Source: Tubulanus polymorphus (lineage: Eukaryota > Animalia > Nemertea). From it: 64,000 nt of DNA. The notes under the pieces are model-generated. The model saw nothing but the letters and a program-made list of their open reading frames with translations. It ran no database searches and was not told where the DNA came from. This document shows, one piece after another, positions 1 through 13,260 of the stretch. Where the stretch lies: positions 26,374,560-26,438,559 of the forward strand of contig NC_134027.1 in assembly GCF_964204645.1 (NCBI RefSeq). The letters are read 5' to 3'. How positions within the stretch are numbered: position 1 is the stretch's first letter; each line of letters starts with the position of its first letter. The position numbers and the translations under genes are program-made.

Positions 1-150
1 TCTTTCCCCTACGACTTTGCTGTCAGTCTCTTCTCAACGACTTTACTGTCAGTCTATTCTCAACGACTTCACTGTCAGTCTCTTCTCAACGACTTTACTG
101 TCAGTCTTTCCCCTACGACTTTACTGCCAATCTCCTCTACGACTTAACTA
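1..150. repeat. 26-bp minisatellite (tctyttcycwacgactttactgtcag), ~5.7 copies
   Basis: Direct tandem copies visible from position 1. Confidence 0.9.
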
Positions 151-198
151 CAAAATCTCAAAAAGGCTGATGCTTCCTTATATACGCCATCAGTCTTA

Positions 199-395
199 AG
201 CCCAACGCACACGGCACCGAAAAAAACGTTTTTCCTCGTGAAAAAACGTTTTCGATGTTTTTTGTTATGCCGTGTGCGGGGGAGGCAAAACACAAAACGC
301 CGAACTGAAAAACGTTTTTCACGAGCAAAAAGCGTTTTCTGAAAAACATGTTTTCTGTTTCGGCGAAACAAATGTTTTGCCGTGTGCGTTGGGCT
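199..395. mobile_element. Harbinger-type MITE with TTA target-site duplication
   Basis: TIRs agcccaacgcacacggca / tgccgtgtgcgttgggct, with tta on both sides. Confidence 0.85.
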
Positions 396-499
396 TTATT
401 GACTTTGACAAATTAGATTGCCGTCAATACAGACTTATCCAAAACTTCATCTAATTGCTAATCTGACCCGGTCCTAGATTTCAGTCCTCAGAGCTCTGG

Positions 500-903
500 A
501 TTCAGTGGCACATTCGTGTCAATCTAAAAACTACAGAACTAATATTGGTCTCAAGACTGTTAGATTAGCTATAGAACTAAGATGGTCTTAGACTGGTTAT
601 TAATCTAAGCCACGATCACAAGACCAGGGGCTGGTTCCTCAGTTGAGACTTAAGTCCAAAAATGGTCTTGAATTTCAAGACTGGTCTTAAGTTGTTAGAT
701 TGGTTATAGAACTAAGATGGTTTTAAATCAGTCTTAAGCCTAAGCAATGACTTCGGAACTGGGCCCAGGAGCCTCGGTTGCGCAGTCCTGACCTCAGTCC
801 TAAAATGGCCGTGAATTTTAAGACCGGTCTTAATGATTTAGATTCATTATTATTCTTAAGCTGATCTCAAATCTAGGACATGACTGTAATATACTGGTTC
901 CTG
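500..903. mobile_element. Cluster of tandem Harbinger-type MITEs (family carrying ttgttagattggctatagaactaagatggtctta)
   Basis: Elements 628-765 and 769-900 are bounded by gggcYRgtt...aactgggcc and separated and flanked by cag/ctg; the same core recurs at ~4.9, 13, 25 and 57.6 kb. Confidence 0.75.
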
Positions 904-1844
904 GTCATAAGTAGCAAAGAAACTACAAGATGTAGACGATGAATTTCAACCAATTAATTGATAATGAAGGGTAATTTATCAAACACGGTTGATGAAGTGG
1001 CTCTCGGTGAAGTTTGTGGCGTCATCGAGTATGGCACAGTCTAGCGTCTCATTACAGGTGAAATACAAGCCTAAACAAATACTAATTCATTACATGATTC
1101 ATCTAAACAAAAAGAAGTTGTTTCACGAGCAGATCTTGCCGATCCTGATCCGTCATGTGATTCACAATCTCATTTCAATCGAAGGTAATACTAGAATGAT
1201 CGATATATATTCGCTTTCCCCAGCGCTAATCCCGCGCGGTCCGAGATTCGTGAAATAAAAACACAGCAAGTCTAGACGTATTTGACAAGGACAGAGATAG
1301 AGTTATTGCATTATCATCGAGTGTCCGTCTGTCCGGACATCAACGCACACTGTCTTCCTGGCACGAATCTCAGTTTAGCGGGATAATTTTTTTTCGGAAA
1401 TAAAAATAGTACAGAAAGATGTGCACTGCCTCTGAAGATAAATGATAGCCTGTTTGCGGTATAGCGGCGTTAGGCGACTCGACGGACATCAAAGTCAGTT
1501 TCAAGTCGAGCGATGAATTGTCCTTTAGTTCACCGGTGCGACCGTTCTCTCCCGGGAACGAGTAGCGTAAATCGATCGTAAAAACTTTAACGACGGTGAC
1601 CCCCGGGACCTAACAGTTCCCGTGTGAGTACTATAACTGGTTCCTTTGTACGCCGCACAACAACGACTCTGAATCGTCTGCCGGTTATTCAATTCAATTA
1701 AACGCTCTTTAACGTAGAAAACCTCGTCGAAACACCTCTTCACGGTCGTTCAAAAAGTACCACCAAAACTGCCAGTGTGAAGTGTAACGAGGCAGAGGCA
1801 GGGCAACAAAAACGATTATGATGTGACAGTAAAATTCAAGTACT

Positions 1845-1909
1845 TACCGGGGATCGAACCCGGGTCTCTTACAAATAAAACATGCGTACTAACCAATAGC
1901 CCACTGGCC
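1845..1909 (-). mobile_element. tRNA-derived SINE head / tRNA pseudogene
   Basis: Minus strand ggccagtgggctattggttag (A box) ... gggttcgatccccgg (B box); no intact cloverleaf. Confidence 0.65.
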
Positions 1910-3353
1910 AACAGTTACGTATAATCAACTTGTTGTCGTATTTTGGTAATAACACAATTTGAAGTTATCTCAGAAATGATACTTACACTTCTTCGACGCC
2001 AAACAGTTTCCAAACAATGACATAATCCTCAATAAATCTCTCTTCAATGACATGATCTATCTCCAAAAGTGTAATTTTAAACGCACCTCCGTGGTCTCCT
2101 TTTTAACTTTTTGATACGATCATCGCCAGACAGAATGAACCGAAACTGGGCTGACTCGATGGCCAGACTGCTGGCTGAGGGCGGGCTTCAGGCGGGCATC
2201 TGGCGTATAAGAGATATAGAGAGAAAGTCCGAGTCGATGACTGTAAGGTAAACCCTGCAGGCTGTTAATCCCCGGCAATTATAACTATTCCAATCCAATT
2301 CCAACTGAACCATACAGCGTCAATATCGCTGATACATCGCCTAGAGACTGTCCACAGGGCTCAAGTAGCGGCAACCCACCGGACAATATGTCTCCTCGCT
2401 CAGATTAGCTTAGGTTTCGATTGAAAGTAGATAACCAACGATTCGTTTCTATCGAGCTCATAATTAAATTCTATTTAATAGTTAAGATTAGAATGATTCG
2501 TTAAGTTATAGATTTTCGTTGTAATTATTCAGCTATAAAGTTTAAGTGTTGAGTGTACGGAGGACGTAATAGAAATACAAATCATCGGTTTATGTCAATT
2601 TGCAAGTCCCACAGATTGCCCCCATGAGGTCTTAGACAAAATAGTGATGACCTACACGATGACATCGTATCGCCCTGATATTGGAAAGACAACGTTCCGG
2701 GGGCAACAAACTAAATCAGTGCTGTTCCTGGTGAAAGGTTATCTAGAATTGGCAAGTTACGTCTTTGGTTTTAACATGGATTCGTTTTAGAGTCCATGGT
2801 TCTGAGCAGAATCTATATCAGCCGGGTTGCAGTTATTATGCTCGTCTTACCAGTGTAGATCATAGTTTAAGTATTTTGTGCACACCTTAATGTCAAAGTC
2901 GCCAATAAGAGAAAGATGAAAAAGAAATACAAATTCAGTTTCGATGTGTCGCGAGAATTATTCTATGTTCAGCTACTGGGGAATTGTTTGATGCCAGATC
3001 GGGTGCATTACTGTCACTGATTGAAGATGGTGATGATCAGTATTATATACCTGTGATCGGTTGTTACACGCATCAGTGATCGAGCGAACTGAGTGTAACA
3101 GCGTCCAGTCACAGTTTGATCTCACGCCTCATTCACTACTGACCAGTCTGAATCATACAGATAAACATCGTGTGTCACGACGACTTCAAACGCAACATCT
3201 GATATTCTCGCAGCAAACCAACGGCTTATTTCAAAAACAGCCGCACATCTGACGTTTGTCGTTTGGCTGCAGTGTTTTCTTTTTATCATTGAGATTAATA
3301 CAGCACGAGAATCAATTGGCTACATCGAGTCGTGTCAGGCTAAACATCTCACA

Positions 3354-3557
3354 CCAAGGGCACCAGTCTATTCTTAAACCAAGGGCACCAGTCTAATATG
3401 CTCAAATCAAGGGCACCAGTCTATTCTCAAACAAAGGGCACCAGTCTATGTAAAACCAAGGGCACCAGTCTATGCTTAAACCAAGGGCGCCAGTCTATAC
3501 CCAAACCAAGGGCACCAGTCCATATTCAAACCAAGAGCACCAGTCTATGCTCAAACT
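3354..3557. repeat. 25-bp minisatellite (ccaagggcaccagtctatgctcaaa), ~8 copies
   Basis: Direct tandem copies. Confidence 0.92.
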
Positions 3558-4829
3558 CGGTTCATACTTTCATCGAATTTTGTCTTCGTTCATTTGACAT
3601 AAGTCAAATAAAAAACACTTTCAAGTTCCACAATGTATGAAAAATAATCGTAACTATAGAATTTCTAACTAAACTGTTGACTAAAACAGCAGCCATCATC
3701 AGGCGGAATGTTTAACGTATTCGAGAACAATCAAATATTCATAAACTCGATCTTTACGTTTCGGAAAATATTTGCATATATTTCAATAGTATCGTGAATT
3801 ATCGGCATTTGAAACAGACCAATAACAAATGAATATTCGCGTTGATTGAAGTGTCCTAAATGAAGGACACTTACTGCTTGTTTTCGCACGCCGTTTATCG
3901 AAGCATCAACTCAAAATCCATTGAACAATTACAACTTCTAACTTCAAAATTGCCAACTGTTAAGTTATTAAAGCTTTCGAAATAAAAGATTCATGGTAAC
4001 TACACAACTCGGAATACTACCAATGAATGAATTTTACCGGGTCTGAAGGTTGCGGGCCTTATAAGCGAAACTAGTGTGAAAATAGATACAAAACTTGATA
4101 AATCCTTTTGTAGCTTTGAAATACAAAATAGATTTCTCAATATCATCATTGAAGAAATTGCAAAAATTGCAAACCACGAAAAAATCTTGCCTGCCATGAA
4201 AGATTTTTTCGAAAGGCCGAAATATTTCTAAAACAAAGAATCGTGAATTATATTAACCGCAGAATTTGAACTAGAAACTACGCGCTGAATCTGCCATCTG
4301 TTTGGTTGAATAGTTCGCTGGCGCTCCGGGCTCTAGGGGAACAATAGAAAGAGCGATCACCGGGGCAAAGCTCTCAGGCAACCCACGAGCGAGCCAACAG
4401 CGATTGACAACTTCTCCATCAAAGGATAATGCAGATGATGATACAGCTCTTCACATGAAAAGAAGCCGCCCTCGCAGTCTTTTTGGGAGGCCGCTCGTGG
4501 CAACGGACCGGGGCAGTAACCGTTAGCGACGCTGCCGGGTATCCCGTTTCTAAGCGCTGATTGGCATCGTTGCAATCGCGGGCGCGTTACTTTCTTCAGA
4601 AAACACCCGTTTTAATTGTAACAGGGATATTCTAGCACGTCGAGTCGAACTCGTTCTTTAGACAATGCGCGCCCGCTCGGGTCATCGTTCGAAAAGGTTT
4701 TATGCAAATTTCGAGAATAATCGATTAATACCGAAGGACAATTCATTCATTAACGAAACTGTGCTGAATGAAAAATATTGGGAGTTTTATCAACGATGGT
4801 TGAATACCCATGGTGAAACTGAGAATCCA

Positions 4830-5130
4830 GTGTCCCGGGGCAGACTCTATTGTCATGGCTTATCTATAAAACCAGTCTAGCCCCATCTTAGCTCTATAGC
4901 TAATCTAACAACTTAAGATAACTCGTAAGTTTGAAGACACTTTTGGACACAGTTGTGACAAAAGTTGGTCTTAAATCTTCAAACTTGCTAGATGATCTCT
5001 ACGGAATCAAGATGATCTTTCGACAAGGCCCAGGATTAAGCTTTCTAAGTCAATCTTGGTTCAAGCCAATCGAACTTACAGTCTTGGGAGATTTAGATAA
5101 GCTACATGTTGAACCGGGTGCAGGTTGCTG
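4830..5130. mobile_element. Degenerate copies of the Harbinger-type MITE family
   Basis: ccatcttagctctatagctaatctaacaacttaaga is the reverse complement of the family core. Confidence 0.6.
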
Positions 5131-5725
5131 ATCTTCCTCTGGTCACTAATTCTACCATCTTAATATATTATGCGTCTCTAGTTGTTAAGTAAAATCTGTC
5201 TTCGATTTCTGTCTCGAATCAACTACTCGTTAACGTCTCGCGTGCGCAGTCCGGTATAGAATCTGAGCGCAGAATAAAAAACTACTCGATCGAACATAAA
5301 ATCTATGATGGGATGATTTTTTCTCGTTGCGCGGATGAAAAGACTTCTTCATACACACGAAATCAGCTCTAAACATCGGAAATAACTATGTAATACGTTG
5401 AAGACACGATTTATAAGGTAATATCGAAGGTAACGCGTTCGGAGATCTAATATAATAAACCATCGTAATGGATAATAACCAATCAATTCTGCGCTGAGTC
5501 ATCGTCATCCGCCGCAACAACTCAATCCGACGATCTGATGTTCCAGGTGCATTACAAGGGTCACCTATTTGTAACCGACTTCAACTCCAAAAAAAAATCA
5601 TTTGAAGCCCGTGAGCTGGAAATGATATATCGACTGTGTTTGTATTATTTTGTTTCATTTGACGGAAATTATTTCATCGCGCACGAAAACAGTTCACGTC
5701 GCTACAACCCGGAGATTCTGTAGCT

Positions 5726-5966
5726 CAGGGTGGATTAACGGGTGCAGGGGTGTGCAACCCACTTAAATGTTGCTTAGAAATTCTAAAGGAAAATGAAAAA
5801 TATCGATTATAGAATATGGTACTAAAAAGTTTGAATTCATAAGCATGTTCACTGTGCTTCCAAAAATGAAGTGTTTCCGATGATCGGGTGCCCTTTTTAT
5901 CATTTATGATATGCCAATATTTGGAGTGCAACCTACCTGAATTCAGACCCTTGATCCGCCCCTTTG
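5726..5966. mobile_element. hAT-like non-autonomous DNA element
   Basis: Ends cagggtggat ... gatccgcccct with GC-rich subterminal runs; related ends at ~15571, 32462, 53104 and 60998. Confidence 0.55.
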
Positions 5967-8900
5967 AATCCCTTCGGTGAAAAAAACGTTTTCGAGTCCA
6001 TGATGAAATCTTAGAACCAACCATTGAAATTGAGTTTCGACTTAATCCTAACAGTTATTCTCAGGAATACCGATGTTATAACCAAATTATGAGACATTAT
6101 CGACAATTCAGCACGAAGAAATTAATTGAGTAATCGAAGTAAATGTAAGTATAGTCGATAAGCTAAACAAATCCACAGTTGATGATATCAAAGTTTATTC
6201 TAACAGTTTCTCAAAAACTGAGAATATATCAGTCAACATATCATAACAATAGTAGAAACGTCGAAAGAAACCTTACTGGGCTCGTTTTTCATCTGCGAGT
6301 CTGGGAATTTCTACATCATTCTACACAAAGTTTCTCATATCACGTCAAATACTGACTGATTAAATCCGTCAGAAAGTATTGAATAAATGGAAGTCATTAG
6401 TTGAACTAATAAATTATGTAATCGTGAGTGGAACATGTTTGTACGCGATAGTTGGATAATGATAGAGACCGTTTAGATCACGTTTAATGGCCGCTCAGGT
6501 GCAACATCACACGCCGTTTTATTGGGTCATATAAAACTACCACATCGAAAACTCATTAGGCTTTTACGGATTTAGGGTCGTTCGGTGCATTCGAATCAGT
6601 AGCAGTTTAGGTTATTGCAAGGCGCAAGAAAGTAGCTACAGGATCGACGACGATTTTAACACTTATTAGAGAATGGAGCGCGAACGCCTGGGTATCAATA
6701 GTGAATCATCGAACTTTTTCTTGCGGGAATGCGGGTGTCAGGCCGACAAAAAAGTGACGGCGTCCTTTTTTTTAGTTATTTTCTTAGGCCGCGCAGAGTG
6801 ACTCGGCGTGTCAAGTATGCCATATAAAAATGACATGTCATATCCTGGCTGAATAAAACAACGTGTTGGCTAATAATGAGCCGCTGCTAGCTGAAAGGGT
6901 TTCTACTTTATACCGCGATGAGAAAGCAATCAAGTTTCGTTAGGTTGCAGTAATACGTTTTGAGTTGCTCTGGCACACTCTTGAGTCACATTAGCCTCAC
7001 AGCATTGTTCTCTGATTAGAAGTCATCTCCTCGCAGATTCCATCACACGGTCATGCAGCAAAATTGCTGTCAGTCTCCGAATTAGGAAATCGGTTTTTTT
7101 CTAACGGCTGACTCGATCGAGCTAGAGAAGTGTCGTGTATGACAATGACTTTTGGAATTCGGCCGGAATTTTTCGAATAGAAGTAAAAGTATGTATAATC
7201 GTTCTTACGTAATCCCCATATAAAGGTGAAAGGTCATGAATACGATATTGATATGAGTAATAGGGTATATGTATGGGTATGGGTCTATTACTGATATGGA
7301 AAAGGTTGTGAGGGAACCAGTGAAAAGCCAGCAGGCTGTATACTGAAAAGTTGGTGCAACGGTAACATAATAGAAATACTAATAGAGACTATATTGCTAA
7401 AGATCTTGGGGATACCAGTCGTTTGCTGTCGTTCAGGCGTATGGAAGATTGTCAAACCGAACACGAAAAGACCAGAGTAACGAAACGGACATTGCATATT
7501 ACAGGTGTGGTGACTTTGTGAAAGACACTCCATCAAACCAAACATATAAGAGAAAAAATTCGATTTTTCTTCATCAAAAATATCGTAGGGAAATAGAATT
7601 CGTTATTATGTAAGATTATGTTCGGATTATGTTTGTATGAAATGGATGAAATGAAATGTGAAACCTTTCCCGGAAATAAAACGAAAAGAGAAACATCGTC
7701 ATTTTTCGGTTTCTTTTATCTGAACGTCTCAACTGATCTCGTTTTCTTCATAAAGTAGTGACTCACGTTATAGGAAATATTTACACTTTCAATTTGTCCT
7801 TTATACCAGAGCGCGCGCGTGGTTGTGATCTTCAATCACTTTCACTTCTCCAAACATTCCTTACAACCCCCCCTAACACCCCCTCCCCTCCCTCTCCCAA
7901 TGAATCAACTTTAACCGAATTAAAGTCGAAAAGTTTCGAAACGCAACATTGGAAAAAAGTTCATTTTCCGCATGAATGAAATTGAAATTCCGCTGTAGCT
8001 AATTAATGTAAAAGTAGGCACTTTTAACGCATTTTTGTAAGGAAAAAGTGACGCTTTTCTGCTATAGTTTATACATCTATCACATCTTATATTTATCACG
8101 TTTATCACATATGTCCAAAAACAATAATTTGCGATTAAAAAGGTCAACAGTAAGCACTTTGTACGGAAGTTTTTGTGAAAAACACTTTTCAATGGCTTTT
8201 CCAGACTTTCCCAAAAAGTTAGCACTTTTAAGCACTTTGGAGACTCGCTATGAACCTTGTAATTAAGATAACGGAATGTCGTGCTGTAACGCGTCAGACA
8301 GTCAGAAGGGGCTGCCGCAAAGTCCTAGAATCTTTGATCTATAACAGTCGCCTGTACACTGACCGCGGGGTATGATGTAAATAGAGGCGTTGATTAATCC
8401 ACTCGTGTGAAGACTGCGTAATCCGAAACCAGTCGATTATCAGTTATTAATAAGAAATCTCGAGAATCTCGACTTCGCTTTCAAAACACTAGAGATTTCG
8501 CGTTTATGAGTTTTTGCCGCGGCGCGCCATGTCGAAAGTCACATCATCAGACGGCGAATTAAATCAATGATCAGTGCCTCCCGCTCTGAGCTAACGAACG
8601 AACCGGCTACGAATTTTTATGATTTGACTCATGAGAGCTAGAATCGACGTGACACGGACGGTAGAAAATGTCATCATCTTCACCGGTATTTCCTGTTACT
8701 GGTTCCACGAATGAACGAACGCGATCAAATACAAAACACAATCATCGTTTTAATGAAGGTGACCTTTGAATTCGACACGCGTGATGCGCCATGTGATAAG
8801 CATTTACGTTTTTATTTTGTTTGTCAATAAAAGCTCATTCAGTCATTTTAACTAAATAATTCAGAATCCATTGAAATATTCTGATTTTTACGAAAAATTA

Positions 8901-8974
8901 AGACAAGACATGACCTAGACACGTGCTTGCGTGGTCAGTGCATGACGCAACGATTGAATCTGGGAAATCCAGTG

Positions 8975-9040
8975 TCGGATTCGATCTCGGAACCTCCGAC
9001 ATCGGAGGCGATCGTCCTAACCTATTCGGCCAAGCTAGCC
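8975..9040 (-). mobile_element. tRNA-derived SINE head
   Basis: Minus strand ggctagcttggccgaataggttagg ... gagatcgaatcc; the same head fragment occurs at ~31120 (+). Confidence 0.6.
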
Positions 9041-10981
9041 ATTAAAGTTAGTTGCCAGTTCGACAGCACCTGGTGACTTTACAGCCAGTCATGAATAGAA
9101 GAGAGTCGCGCATCAATGGATCTAATGGTCGAAGCGTCATCAGTCCTGAATTCAGACAGTTACTATTTTCTGCTCATTAAAACACTACAGCGCTATATAG
9201 TCTTAATCATGATTAGGCTCATTCAACCACAATCTCTGACCTTTCTGAACTTTCATCTACAAATACGTACCAATATGATACGGAATTTTGCAATGCGGAA
9301 TATGCGTCGGGAATAGAACCGGTCAATTTTCATAATCAGTGAAATCATGCAGAAAGTTCATCGCCGATGGAACAGACTTTAGACCAAATGGTCGAAATAA
9401 TCCACTCGACAAACAAAGAACGTCTCGCGCCTAATTTAATAGCGATTCTCACAAATCGCCAGGTTGCAGGACAGTCGTAATCAACTCTGATGACCGAATC
9501 TCGTGACAAAAGACACCAGCAATTTGTCACTAATAAATCAGCGCTTTTTATTTCTACTGGATATTTGATAGCTATTGACGACGACGGCTGGACGGACGGA
9601 TGGACGGAGATCAGTAGATTTGTGTGGGAATACGACCGTCACGCATAGCGCTGACACTATTAACTCCTACATCCCGGATTCAGAGGTGACAATTCGTGTG
9701 ACAAATCCTAAGTAATTAGCTGTAGTCCCCTAAACCCGCAGCGGGAGACTAAACATTCAATTCACACTTCTCTCAGTTTTCGCTCAGTGATTATATCGCG
9801 ATTAATTTTAGCTCGTCTTTTAATCTTTAATCTGAAGTCGGAAGTTGACGTCTGACCGTCTGAGCGGTCAATATTGATTGATGATGAATTCGTCTCTAAA
9901 CAGGCAGAAACGAGTCTGTGAGGAGTCTTTGTTGGGGGAGCTCTGCGAGGGGTCTGTCTTGTACGGTTCTCAGTCTAAATGCTGACTGTTAATCCTTTCT
10001 TCTCTTTATGACAGAAATTGTCCTCACGATCTTCCCTTGTTTTGTAATCAGTGTTAAGATGAATTTCATTCTATCAAGCGATTCATTCGTCAGTCACAAT
10101 ATATCAATTCATTTCGCTACAAGTGTATATAAACTTGTTGTATCCTAGTTCAATAAGTCACCTGAGAATTATCAATACACAATCATAGTCCTGGATGATC
10201 CGATCATAACTGACTATTTCAACTGCTCAATAAGTAAAGGGTTTTGACTAGGGTTGAAGATGGTGAGGTCACTGAGGTCAGCCAGTGCCACCACAATCGC
10301 AACGGGACCTCATAATACCTATGTTTCAATGACTCGGCATCATCAGAAATCTATCGAAAGAATAGGAAACACGACTAGAAATTCCTAGATTAATTCGAAA
10401 CAAATCTAATCATTGCTACCGGCTTTGATCATTATAGGCTTATTCTAAGATACGCTAAAATATAATTCGTGTCGCGCGCGCTGAGCTCGCTGATGAAAGC
10501 GATGTCACGACGCTTACCCCGGTAAGCGAGGATCAGGGCCACAGATTTGTATTATTACTCATCACATCGACGCTAGAACAAGTGACCTGACAGATCACAC
10601 GGTTAGCATATTTAATACCGGAATTTCATATGGAAAACATGAAAAAAGCATAACCGACGACAAGCCACCTGTAAAATGATGAATCATGCAGTAGTTATAT
10701 CAGCGCCTAATTGCAATCTCGTAGCCGTGCTCTCTCTAATGATAACCGGTTTGTTATAAAGCGAATTTCTGCTCTAGCGAGGTGCGGCTGAAGCCGGGCT
10801 TTTATACCCGCGAGTGGCTTCTAGGAGTTAATAACCATGTCGAATATTGCGTGATCAGCGAAGATCTAACGCGGGGTATGAGTTCATGCGCGCAGTTGAA
10901 AGGGGGGTGAAAAAGTATGACATATTCTAAGATAATGCTCGTGATGGTGCAACACTGTTAGGATTGTGAAGATCTTGACAA

Positions 10982-11066
10982 AATTCTAGTGGAACAGCCC
11001 ATAATTCTAGTCGAACAGCCCATAATTCTAGTAGAACAGACCATAATTCCAGTAGAACAGCCCATA
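10982..11066. repeat. 21-bp minisatellite (aattctagtagaacagcccat), 4 copies
   Basis: Direct tandem copies. Confidence 0.9.
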
Positions 11067-11819
11067 TAGAATAGATAATAGACTAAAAACTCACTTTATA
11101 CAAATTTAACAGGTTAAAAACAAAATTCATCATCAATCAGAATTTAGAACAGAAAATTGCAAGACACGTTGTTTTGGACCATCTCTAGTCAAGTGTCACA
11201 CTTGGCGATTTTTTATTTCAAAATTTTGAAAAATAGATCTTGTTTTTGATCTTTTGAATGTGTACATATGATTTAAGATATATTGCGGGGCCGCGAAGGA
11301 TATTTGAAACTTTCCAAATATCTCCCGATGGCCCCGCAAAAACGTTTCTTTAGGGGCGTGGTCGTTTCGTTCATGGTGACTTGACTTTATTCGACAAACT
11401 CTTGGTCTTATTTACAAAAGACAATTCGAGTAATTGGTTGCCTGGTTGTACAAAATGCTCGGTCAAAATTGTCGTAAGTGAATTTATTAGACGACCAATG
11501 GTCTATTAGTAGGTGCTATGGTGACAGATGCCGTCGAAATAAATTAGATTAAAAGACACTCTCGAATATCGCGATATTAAATCATCATTGCTATCCGCTT
11601 AAACCGGACATCAGCGCGCGCGTGGACAATGGGCTACAATCATTCCCTGTGGCGCAGATTGCTTGACCACTGGTCGCCACAGTTAATCATCATTAATTAC
11701 AGCTGACCACTTTCTCTCCGGTCTCGCTTTCTTCGTTTACTACGAATCTAAAAACCATTGAATCGTTCGAATCGTAAATCAAATAAATGTTTGAAAAGTC
11801 ATTAACGGGTCGAAAATCG

Positions 11820-12110
11820 GAACCAGTTTCACAGTCATGGGTTAACTCTGTGTTCCACAACTATCGAACTGGGTCCTGGATTCTTTCAGAACCTAGTTAC
11901 ACAGTTAAGAGTTAACTCTGAGTTGAAATTTGGTTTTTTTTTCAATGAGTTAACTTTCAGTCAAATCTTAACTCACAACTGTGGAACTGGGCCCTGGATT
12001 CTTTCAGAATCTGTGATAGTTACACAGTAATGAGTTAACTCTGAGTTGAAATTGGTTCATTTTCAATGAGCTAACTCTGAGCTTAACTCACAACGTGGAA
12101 CTGGGTCCTG
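11820..12110. mobile_element. Three tandem palindromic MITEs (ccagttccacagtt...gagttaactc...aactgtggaactgggcc family)
   Basis: Repeated TIR motif ending in ctg; same family at ~35670, 47945, 48160, 50155 and 59193. Confidence 0.75.
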
Positions 12111-12964
12111 CATTATGTCCTAGTAATATGTCTCAAATCTGTATGCCATGCTTTCGTATGAAATAAAATGAAATTGAAATATCGATGACGTATGTAGTAT
12201 TTGATAATGTATTTCATCTGAAAGTCAGGGTTCAGGGGAGGGTGTAAATCGTAGTTTTGTGTCAGGGGAGGGTGGCCCGAGGTCTGTTCTCTCATTTATG
12301 TGAAAAGTGGTCAATATCTTCGAGGGTTCATTACGGACTACACGTGATAAAACACGCAGCCTCTCGTGTTCACTTAATAAACGCAAAAAACGCCGAACAA
12401 AGTTATATTATTTCCTGAACATGTGTGTCCGTTCACTGAGTTAAAAACCTGCGGTAAGATATACGACCGAGACGCTATTGGTCATTTGTCCAGTGGTAAT
12501 CATCAGTTCTGGCAAGACGCCATCGCTGGCGTGGTAGCCGCCGGTTATTACTCAACCCTGCAAACAGGCGGCGTGTTTGATCTGTGCACGTTATTCCGCC
12601 GTGAAATGCGCGCACCGACTCGACATCAGCTAGTCAACCCCGGTGCCAATTACAGCGACAAAGCGTCGTTGTCGCCGGTACTGAGACCGGGCTGGCAGTT
12701 GCGTCGTATCGGCTTCTATTGTTTACTTTGTGAGTGGTCATTCGATTGTTTGCACGCGAGTAGAAACTCGTGCGAGATTAAGAAACTATATTGAGAGATT
12801 CGCGAAGTTTGCTTGGCGGCTTGTTTCATTCCAGGGTGGAATTTTTACGACCACGCGACTCGCCGTACCGACAACACCCTGAGCGAATTTACAAAACGCA
12901 TCGAAAATCCTGAAACTACGTTTTGCAACATCATTACAACGTGCCATCTAGTTGAATTGTATTG

Positions 12965-13260
12965 ATCTAGTTGCACAGTCATGGCTAAGATTAAAACCCA
13001 GTCTAAGCTCACCTTAGTTCTTCTATATCAGGGTAGTGTAACGATACTTAACTTCCCTGGTTCTATATATCCTATCTAACAACTCAAGACCAGATTTAAG
13101 ACCTTTTTCGTATCTAAGTCACCACTCGCAACTGTGGGCCCAGACTTTATAATCATGGCTTAGAATGATATGAAACCAGCCAAACCTGACTCTACCTAGA
13201 CTATCGTACTGGGTCATATTGACTGGAGACGTATCTAATAACAACTCAAGACCAGTTTCA
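12965..13260. mobile_element. Degenerate Harbinger-type MITE copies
   Basis: tctaacaactcaagaccag cores and an aactgtgggcccag end. Confidence 0.6.

Noticed and set aside
1845-1909. Functional tRNA genes (also 8975 and 51058)
   Set aside because: A/B boxes present but acceptor and anticodon stems do not pair; treated as SINE heads or pseudogenes
3960-4150. Possible LINE 3' remnant (H.NYTTR motif)
   Set aside because: Too short and degenerate to call by eye
10490-10530. CTGATGA plus hairpin resembling a hammerhead (also 50270 and 51355)
   Set aside because: GAAA core or stems missing
12423-12794. 123-aa ORF and other 60-120 aa ORFs in the track (e.g. 22555, 41500, 49286)
   Set aside because: Many have non-ATG starts, none has a recognisable domain or exon structure, and such lengths are expected by chance
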